Shown here in pieces: positions 25,888-32,000 of a stretch of 32,000 bases of DNA. The translations under genes were made by a program, and so were the position numbers. The stretch comes from Hyperthermus butylicus DSM 5456 (lineage in GTDB: Archaea; Thermoproteota; Thermoprotei_A; Sulfolobales; Pyrodictiaceae): contig NC_008818.1 in the NCBI RefSeq assembly GCF_000015145.1, positions 690,001 through 722,000 on the forward strand, given 5' to 3'. The notes under the pieces are model-generated. The model was given only the letters and a program-made list of their open reading frames with translations, made no database searches and had not been told where the DNA came from. Each line of letters opens with the position of its first letter. Position 1 is the stretch's first letter.

Positions 25888-26485
25888 ACTCCCACACCCT
25901 CACCAGCACCCTAAGCAATGACGGGGTTAAAACAAGGTTCAACGATGCACGTACAAGTAGCATATAGTACAATACAACTCCACCTACCAGGTGTAGCATC
26001 ACAACATGCTACTCCAAGCTAGGCGCCTCGATCTAGCCACAACATTGTAGTGATACACGCTAGGATATAGCGCTCCAGTAGACATAGAGAAATCCGGCCG
26101 AGAGGCAGGTGGGCAGAATGGCAAAGGGCAGAAAAGAGGGCAAGAAGGGAAAGGGTAAGAAGCAGGAGCAGCAGCAGGGTAGTTAGATCCCTAAGGGTAA
26201 CTGGTGGCTGAGACAGCTACACCAGGCCTAGGAGGTTTTTAAGGCGAATTATTCTCTATGCATGCGGGTCTCCCAGCGCTTCGAGCTGTTGACCGCAGGA
26301 GGGCTGGTACCACTAAACAATAAATGGTCTGGCACTGCGTCGTAGCGGAAACCTAGCTAGATGCTGGGCCGGGATGGTATCCTTATTAGTTTGGCTAGGC
26401 TTGCTTCTGCTCCGAGTACACGGGTACTAGGGAGCTACGCCATAGTGTTGCTGTTTACGATGCCTTGCATGGAGTGTGTAGGGGT

Positions 26486-27118
26486 ATGGTTATCCGTGTA
26501 CTGTATTTTGCTTCCGGAGACCTGGCTTATGGTGGTAAGCTTCACGGCCTAATGGCTGGCAGCATTTTTGCTGGTAGAATATCTGCTGTAGGGCTTGAGC
26601 TGCGTGACTGTAGCGTGCTGCTGCCGGGCAGTGGACGCCGTGACGCTAGGCTTAGCGGCGAAGCATACTATATTGATGCCTGGCGGCTCAGCGAACTCGA
26701 CAGCAGGCTTGAAGGTTTTGGCGCACGCCGCGCAACAGTACGTGTAGAGCATGGCGATGTCGTGCTCAACGCGGAGACGCACCTAGCCGAGGACTGCAGG
26801 CCCGCCACAGACACAGCGGCTGGGCGGGGGTGGGTTCGTCTCCTCCTCGTGCTTCCGCCCAGGGCTCCGCCACCCGTGCAGCCCATGGCTGTCTACCTGG
26901 CTGATATTGCTGGCGTATCGCTCTGTAGCAGTGCTAGCCGCCTCCTCTGCCGTGGAGGCAGTATCGAGAATGCTGCCATGGCTGATGTCTATGTCGAGCT
27001 TGGCAGGCTAGCTGACTGGCTCGAAGAACTTGGCGGGGAGCCTGTACAGGTGACGGGTAGGATGAAGCCGCTCGACTTGACCGTGTTCGCGGTTGCGCCA
27101 GTGGCGAAAAAAGTGTAG
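26486..27118 (+). CDS. Gamma-glutamylcyclotransferase (AIG2/GGACT)-like domain protein with an unknown C-terminal half
   Basis: From M8: MVIRVLYFASGDLAYGG....LPGSGRRDARLSGEAYYIDAWRLSELDSRLEG fits v.vFvYGtL..g ... yPal.pg.g..V.Gely.vd...l..LD..Eg. The C-terminal ~110 aa are unassigned. Confidence 0.5.
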   Translation: MVIRVLYFASGDLAYGGKLHGLMAGSIFAGRISAVGLELRDCSVLLPGSGRRDARLSGEAYYIDAWRLSELDSRLEGFGARRATVRVEHGDVVLNAETHLAEDCRPATDTAAGRGWVRLLLVLPPRAPPPVQPMAVYLADIAGVSLCSSASRLLCRGGSIENAAMADVYVELGRLADWLEELGGEPVQVTGRMKPLDLTVFAVAPVAKKV

Positions 27119-27129
27119 TGTGTGGTGGC

Positions 27130-28038
27130 CTACTTTAGGTCTCCCTGTGCCTTCAGTATCGCTATTATCTCCTGCCAGTTCCTCTCAATATCCTCCTTGA
27201 ACCTCTGTACGTCCTCTGGCTTGAAGTGGCGGAAGCGGCCCTGCAGCTTGAGGTACTCCTCCACCGGCTTCCTCTTCGACGGGTCTATGAGCTTGTTGCT
27301 TGGCGGGTTGAGTTTGAGCCTGCCGTTCTCGTACTCGTAGAGTATCCAGGCGCCCGTCTCCACTGCTAGCTTTGCTATGTGGACTGTTAGCCCGGGGTCG
27401 AATCTCCAGCCCACCGGGCACGGGGCGTGGAGGTGTATGTACTTGAAGCCACGGATGCTCGCCGCCTTCCTCAGCTTTGCTATGAAGTCCCATGGATAGC
27501 CAACACTCGCCGTGGCTACGTATGGCACCCTATGCGCAGCTACTATCTGGGGCATCGGCTTCTTCGACTCCCGCTTGCCGGTGTGGGTCGTGGTTGTCCA
27601 GGCGCCATAGGGTGTCAAGCCGCTCCTCTGGATGCCAGTGTTCATGTAGGCCTCGTTGTCCACACAGATGTATATGATGTCCTCGCCCCTCTCCGCCGCA
27701 GCGCTAAGCGCCTGGAAGCCTATGTCGGCCGTGCCGCCGTCGCCAGCCCACACCACCACCTGGGCATCGACGCCTCTCCTCTTCAGTGCGCGGGAGAGCC
27801 CGCTGGCTGTGGCAGCACTAGCGGCGAAGACTATGTTTAGTATCGGCATATTCGTTGCCTGCTTTGGTCCGAGGCCCTGGATGACGGATGTGCAGCCTGC
27901 TGGGACGACCAGGACAGCCTTCTCGCCCAGGGCCATGCCGAGGAAGCGTAGCCCCATAGCCTCTGGGCAGCCGGGGCACGCCGCTGTACCTGGCAGCACA
28001 TACCTCTTCTTGGGTAGCGTCCTCAAGTTAACAGCCAC
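27130..28038 (-). CDS. porB: 2-oxoacid (pyruvate/ketoisovalerate):ferredoxin oxidoreductase, beta subunit
   Basis: Contains CPGCPEAMGLRFL and the TPP motif VVVWAGDGGTADIGFQALSAAAERGEDIIYICVDNEAYMNTG. Confidence 0.92.
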   Translation of the reverse strand: MAVNLRTLPKKRYVLPGTAACPGCPEAMGLRFLGMALGEKAVLVVPAGCTSVIQGLGPKQATNMPILNIVFAASAATASGLSRALKRRGVDAQVVVWAGDGGTADIGFQALSAAAERGEDIIYICVDNEAYMNTGIQRSGLTPYGAWTTTTHTGKRESKKPMPQIVAAHRVPYVATASVGYPWDFIAKLRKAASIRGFKYIHLHAPCPVGWRFDPGLTVHIAKLAVETGAWILYEYENGRLKLNPPSNKLIDPSKRKPVEEYLKLQGRFRHFKPEDVQRFKEDIERNWQEIIAILKAQGDLK

Positions 28039-28057
28039 GCGGGTTCACCTCCACACT

Positions 28058-29278
28058 CTAGGCCTTTGGGAAGGGTAAAACCTCCTCGCCGTGCATGATT
28101 GGGTAGAACTTGCCTAGGTGGTACCAGAGCGATGGTATGTAGACCCGGCCCTTCTCCTCGACCTCCGCTAAAGCCTTTTCGACAATAGCAGCTATGTCCT
28201 CGTATGATATGTCTACGCCGCCGACGCCTGCAGGCACACCTATCATGCTGGGCTTGGCTTCTAGGGCCGCGCTAAGCTCTAGGAATAGCGGGCCCGTCTG
28301 GCCGAAGGATACGCTGCGGTCCAGGACTATCACAGCCTTCTTCGATATCGCTGCCTCTCTCACCTCCTCCCAGGGGAACGGCCTCACCCAACGCAGCCGG
28401 AGTACGCCGGCACGGATACCCTTCTCCCGTAGCATGTCCGCTGCTATCTTGGCGTCACCCATCCAGGAGCCCATGCCAGCGATTATGTAGTCGGCGTCCT
28501 CGCACCGGTAGCACTCCACCAGTTTGTCGTAGTACCTGCCGGTGAGCTTGCCATACTCCCTGCCGACCTCAGCTATAACCTTCTTCGCCTCTAGCATGCT
28601 GCGGTGCATGTCCATCCTCATCTCCTCGAATGTCTCGTCGGGGAATATGTTGCCCATCGCAATCGGCTTACCGGGCTCCATGGTGTATGGCTGCCTCCTG
28701 GGCGGCAGGAACGCGTCAACAGTCTCCTGGTCGGGCAGCTCCACGGGCTCCACGGTGTGGCTGAGTATGAAGCCGTCAAGACCCACTATGCCTGGCAGGT
28801 AGACCCGCGGGTCCTCGGTGACACGGAACATTATTATCGTGAGGTCGAATACCTCCTGGTTGTTCTCGCTCATCGATATTAGCCAGCCAGTATCCCTCGT
28901 AGCGAGGATGTCCGCGTGCTCAACATGGATGTTCCATGGCGGGCCTATGGCCCTGGTTACGACGGCCATTACCACGGGTATCCTGCTTGCAGCTGCCCAC
29001 CAGAGCATCTCGTACATGTACATTAGGCCGTGGCTGGACGTTGCAGTGAACGCTCTAACACCACCCACGGCTGCGCCGTAGGTTGCTGCTAGGGCGCTGT
29101 GCTCGCTCTCCACGTGTATCATCTCGGCGTCCATCTCACCCTTCGCTATTAGCTCATCTATCTTCTCCACGATGATGGTCTGCGGCGTGATAGGGTATGC
29201 TGCGACGACTTCAACGCGGGCGTATTTTACTGCATAGGCTACAGCGTCGTTGCCACGCATAGCCATGAGCCTACCCAT
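28058..29278 (-). CDS. porA: 2-oxoacid:ferredoxin oxidoreductase, alpha subunit
   Basis: MRGNDAVAYAVKYARVEVVAAYPITPQT is the canonical N-terminus. At 406 aa, it sits between the delta and beta genes. Confidence 0.92.
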   Translation of the reverse strand: MGRLMAMRGNDAVAYAVKYARVEVVAAYPITPQTIIVEKIDELIAKGEMDAEMIHVESEHSALAATYGAAVGGVRAFTATSSHGLMYMYEMLWWAAASRIPVVMAVVTRAIGPPWNIHVEHADILATRDTGWLISMSENNQEVFDLTIIMFRVTEDPRVYLPGIVGLDGFILSHTVEPVELPDQETVDAFLPPRRQPYTMEPGKPIAMGNIFPDETFEEMRMDMHRSMLEAKKVIAEVGREYGKLTGRYYDKLVECYRCEDADYIIAGMGSWMGDAKIAADMLREKGIRAGVLRLRWVRPFPWEEVREAAISKKAVIVLDRSVSFGQTGPLFLELSAALEAKPSMIGVPAGVGGVDISYEDIAAIVEKALAEVEEKGRVYIPSLWYHLGKFYPIMHGEEVLPFPKA

Positions 29279-29287
29279 AGCCAGGGA

Positions 29288-29636
29288 TCACCCCTGCTCC
29301 TGCATCTTCTTGAGGAACTCCTCCTCGGAAACCATGCTTATGGCCTTCACGGGGCAGACCTGGGCGCATACACCGCAGCCCTTACAGTACTCGTAGTCTA
29401 TCACGGGAATGTCCTGGCCTCGCGGCCCCCTCCCCGCAGCCATCTCTATCACGTGCTCGGGGCAGTAGAGCCAACACATGTAACAGCCAAACACACTTCT
29501 CAACGTTTACTACTGGTCTCTCAGTCCTCCACGTACCAGTCCTACCCATGGCACCCGGCGAGCCCGTTGAGAGGGGCAGCGGGTGCCCCGCCGGATCCAC
29601 CACGGCTACGAGCCCACTCCTGCGGGCCCCGGACAC
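29288..29636 (-). pseudogene. porD: 2-oxoacid:ferredoxin oxidoreductase delta subunit (2x[4Fe-4S] ferredoxin-like), interrupted by a single-nucleotide insertion
   Basis: The span is 349 nt (3n+1). Frame 1, from the GTG at 29636, reads ..GSPGAMGRTGTWRTERPVVNVEKCV. Frame 2 reads GCYMCWLYCPEHVI...IDYEYCKGCGVCAQVCPVKAISMV. Removing one T from the minus-strand TTT (plus-strand aaa, 29489-29491) restores EKCVGCYMCWLYCPE, the canonical CxxCxxCxxxCP. Confidence 0.8.
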
Positions 29637-29639
29637 GGC

Positions 29640-30302
29640 CTAGGCCACCTCCCTCCCCGCGAGCTGGACCATGCGTGTCTCCTCGTAGGCCCTCCTCGCC
29701 GCCTCAGCGTTCGCCTCGGCGATCTTTGGACTAGAGCTCCAGTACGACTTTATCGCCTCGACTACAGAGTCTATGGAGACGAGGCCCGTAGCCCTCGCCA
29801 GGGCGCCGAGCATCGCTGTATTCACCACCGGCCATCCGGCCACGACCAGGCCTAGCTCCTTGGCGATACGGGTAGCGTTAACGTAGTAGAGCGTGGCGTG
29901 CACACCCAGATCCACGGGCTCGGGGAGATTCGCTACTATCTTGCCGCCGGGCTGGAACCCGGAGAGGACCCGGTCCCTCTCAATGGCGAGCAGGCCGGGA
30001 TCAAGCACTACTAGGACCTGGGGCTTCCGCACCATGCTGTGCAGCGGCACCGGCCCTGGAGCTATCCTGGCAAATGCTAGTACGTGGGCTCCACGCCTCT
30101 CAGCACCAAAGCTGGGTATCGCTTGGCCCCACTTACCCTCAACAAGAGCTGCCTGAACCAGCAGTGTTGCAGCGGTAACAGCGCCCTGCCCGCCACGCCC
30201 ATGGAACCGCAGCTCCAAGGTTTCCCTCAGAACCGGGATGTAGGAGGCACCCTCTGCGCGTTGCAACCTGGACACGCTCTCCCAAGAAGATATTCCATTC
30301 AT
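29640..30302 (-). CDS. porG: 2-oxoacid:ferredoxin oxidoreductase, gamma subunit
   Basis: LELRFHGRGGQGAVTAATLL..FGAERRGA is the gamma signature. The start is uncertain. A tataaaa element (plus 30312-30318) sits only ~10 nt upstream of the ATG at 30302. Downstream in-frame GTG 30275, TTG 30266 or TTG 30218 (giving MELRFHGRGGQG) are therefore plausible. Confidence 0.88.
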   Translation of the reverse strand: MNGISSWESVSRLQRAEGASYIPVLRETLELRFHGRGGQGAVTAATLLVQAALVEGKWGQAIPSFGAERRGAHVLAFARIAPGPVPLHSMVRKPQVLVVLDPGLLAIERDRVLSGFQPGGKIVANLPEPVDLGVHATLYYVNATRIAKELGLVVAGWPVVNTAMLGALARATGLVSIDSVVEAIKSYWSSSPKIAEANAEAARRAYEETRMVQLAGREVA

Positions 30303-30728
30303 GATGGAACATTTTATACATAGCTAAATGCATAACAGAACTGTTACCAGGGTGGCCCGTCAGTACCACGACTAGCCATCTTGCAACTCCTCCCGCTGTA
30401 TGCCATAGGCCCTCTACAGACCACAGCGCCCGGCTAGCAGCTTGCAAATACGAGCTGAGACTTCACGCCATACTGTGGCATGCGAGCCCCAGCCGAGGCA
30501 GCAGCGTGAAAGCCAACGCCACACATCCCATACGCAAACAGCAGCATCCAGCAGCTATGCCAGCTGCGAGGAAGCTACACCCTCACCAACCATAACTATC
30601 CAGAATCCCAGCTAGATAACAGGCGACTATGGGCGAAAGCCGTGGCCGCGCAGAGCAGTATAGCCGAAGAACCTGCTAGCCCCTACAAGCTACCACGTTG
30701 ACAGTGCATGTGTGCTCGTCAAGATATA

Positions 30729-31055
30729 CTACGTAGTCGACGCTCCTGCACGCCTTGTCGGTATGGCTTGGCACGAATCTTGCCCTTTACCGGCAGCCCT
30801 TAACACGCCAACAAGGGCTTCCATGTGTACAGAGTATGTAAGCAGGGGCTTCCCTTCACACCTGGCCAGCTCAAGCCTACATCCATTGTCTTCGCAGCGT
30901 AGATTCTTGAAGATCTGGAATGGGTGACGCTGCACACCATCAGGGCTGAGTAGGAAAACCCCGAGCAGCTCCTCGAGAGACAGCTCCTCCGGCTTAAACC
31001 CGGCCATAGCGCCGAACGTTCTAAAGCCCCGCTCCGCCCCCGCCTCAGCTATCAT
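30729..31055 (-). CDS. Hypothetical protein (108 aa); possibly the C-terminal part of a longer gene interrupted by TAG
   Basis: Protein-like frame (MIAEAGAERGFRTFGAMAG..RCEDNGCRLELARCEG..). It is in the same frame as ORF 31080-31316, separated by one TAG and 8 sense codons. Confidence 0.4.
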   Translation of the reverse strand: MIAEAGAERGFRTFGAMAGFKPEELSLEELLGVFLLSPDGVQRHPFQIFKNLRCEDNGCRLELARCEGKPLLTYSVHMEALVGVLRAAGKGQDSCQAIPTRRAGASTT

Positions 31056-31079
31056 GGCCGCCAGCAGCGCAGCCCGCCT

Positions 31080-31316
31080 CTAACCTACAATTCTCGCAAG
31101 ACTCTCAGGCAAATCACGTGTTAGAATGGAAATAGCCATCTCTATCAATCCACGGGAAACAGCCTCCACATTATCTATAAACTGCGCCATAAACGACGCC
31201 TCCCCTGGCTGGAGAGTAACACAGAGGAGGGCTGCAAGTAAGCCACTACATATGCCCACCTGTATATTCCCACTTACATGTTTTGCATAGTGTATGGAAA
31301 CTATTGCCAAACCCAT
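31080..31316 (-). CDS. Hypothetical protein (78 aa); possibly the N-terminal part of the same interrupted gene
   Basis: ORF ending ..ILTRDLPESLARIVG-TAG, AT-richer than the surroundings. Reading through the stop gives a continuous ARIVG*RRAALLAAMIAEAGAERGF. Confidence 0.35.
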   Translation of the reverse strand: MGLAIVSIHYAKHVSGNIQVGICSGLLAALLCVTLQPGEASFMAQFIDNVEAVSRGLIEMAISILTRDLPESLARIVG

Positions 31317-31584
31317 CCCAGGGAGAAATTGAGCAAGAAGAAGGCTGCCCCGTCACACAGCTCTGCCCCAACCCCATTTATCATAACCGTGTAGCACATA
31401 CTCCGACATCCATACGTGGCGGTAGTATTCGACCTCCATAGGCTTGCCCAGCCTCACTATCACCCTAAACCCTATCGTGGCGCCGCCAGGCGCTCCCCTC
31501 GCCCCGGGCCGTGTCGGGTATCCATGCTGTTAAGGCTCCAGTCCTCCAGGGGGCGTAGCGCCTGGGCGAGCTGTTAGCCCCTGC

Positions 31585-32000
31585 CTAGGATTGCTTGGCA
31601 AGCTCCACGAGTAGTTTGAGCATTCTTCTAGCATTTTCGAGCATGTCGTGGTCGTTGTTGAAGAATACGTAGATCCTCCTGGGGTTCAGGGCTAGTACGC
31701 GCTTGGCATCCTCGAGCAGCTCCTCGTCCGTGTAGTTGTGAGCGTACCACAATACTCTACCGTGCATCCGGAGGTAGACAGTATCGTTACTCGCCGCTAT
31801 GTAGACGCCTATGGGGGAGTCCACCGAGACAAAGGTGGCGCCTATCCTCCGGCAAACCTCTACGCCTAGACCGTTCTCAAACCAGCTCTCGTGCCGAAAC
31901 TCTACGGCCATCCTCTCCCCGAGCCCGGCCTCGGCTGCGAACCGCTCAAGCCTCTCAATGTTCTCGCTGGTGGCCCGGTAGCTCGGGGGGAGCTGGAACA
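31585..32000 (-). CDS. DUF72 (UPF0759) family protein, N-terminus beyond the right edge
   Basis: The frame stays open upstream of the track Met (31911) to the window edge: FQLPPSYRATSENIERLERFAAEAGLGERMAVEFRHESWF...VYLRMHG...YTDEELL...IYVFFNND...A..NA. This follows the DUF72 pattern (QlPpsf ... la.EfRh.sW ... Y.RlHG ... Ys.eeL ... vyvyFNN). Confidence 0.8.
   Translation of the reverse strand, partial: FQLPPSYRATSENIERLERFAAEAGLGERMAVEFRHESWFENGLGVEVCRRIGATFVSVDSPIGVYIAASNDTVYLRMHGRVLWYAHNYTDEELLEDAKRVLALNPRRIYVFFNNDHDMLENARRMLKLLVELAKQS

Noticed and set aside
25957-26012. Small hairpin gtagcat-cacaac-atgctac (25993-26012) plus a third gtagcat at 25957
   Set aside because: It has only a 7-bp stem in an AT-rich intergenic region, with no flanking C/D-box, tRNA-like or terminator features. 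This is too weak to call.
30380-30447. cttgcaa (the first 7 nt of the CRISPR repeat) at 30380 and 30441
   Set aside because: Only a 7-mer is shared, and several chance occurrences are expected in 32 kb on two strands. The downstream bases do not follow the repeat.
12092-31082. Idea that the two in-frame TAG codons (12092-12094 and 31080-31082) reflect stop-codon recoding or readthrough
   Set aside because: TAG is the genuine terminator of several well-supported genes in this window (Nob1, NAD kinase, DHH phosphoesterase, MetE-N homologue, por gamma). Ordinary nonsense mutations or separate ORFs are more likely.
1-32000. Search for tRNA, rRNA, C/D-box sRNA, IS elements or integrase genes
   Set aside because: Reading the intergenic regions by eye, I found no cloverleaf-like, RUGAUGA/CUGA-paired or transposase/integrase-like sequence. 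A covariance-model scan would be needed to exclude small RNAs.

Overview
GC-rich archaeal chromosomal window, crenarchaeon-like and probably from a hyperthermophile. The left half (1-16 kb) is a CRISPR-Cas neighbourhood. It begins with the 5' end of a csx1-like CARF gene running off the left edge. Next is a decayed zone: a frameshifted CARF-like relic, 2-3 orphan degenerate CRISPR repeats and a multiply frameshifted PaREP1-like gene. A tightly packed type III-B operon follows, cmr4-cmr5-cmr1-cmr6-cmr2(cas10)-cmr3, ending in a seventh gene for a 273-aa helical Cys-cluster protein I cannot assign to any family. After about 690 bp of decayed sequence comes a CRISPR array of 47 repeats and 46 spacers (12374-15556). 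Read on the minus strand, the repeat ends in ATTGCAAG, the crenarchaeal 8-nt handle type, which places the leader at 15557-16028. No cas6 or adaptation genes are in the window. The right half is housekeeping: a NOL1/NOP2/Sun RNA m5C methyltransferase, Nob1, NAD kinase, a Trm5/Taw2-type methyltransferase and a DHH phosphoesterase. It continues with a split-MetE/MetF-like methionine cluster containing one unknown ORF, an AT-rich HTH-PRT regulator and a GGCT-like protein. It ends with a four-subunit 2-oxoacid:ferredoxin oxidoreductase operon, whose delta gene carries a 1-nt frameshift, and a DUF72 gene running off the right edge. Most worth a second look: the unassigned seventh cmr-operon gene, the relics of an older CRISPR/CARF locus, a tandem duplication inside the array, repeat-derived pieces inside the leader, and the porD frameshift. 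All family calls come from motif recognition by eye; no database search was possible.
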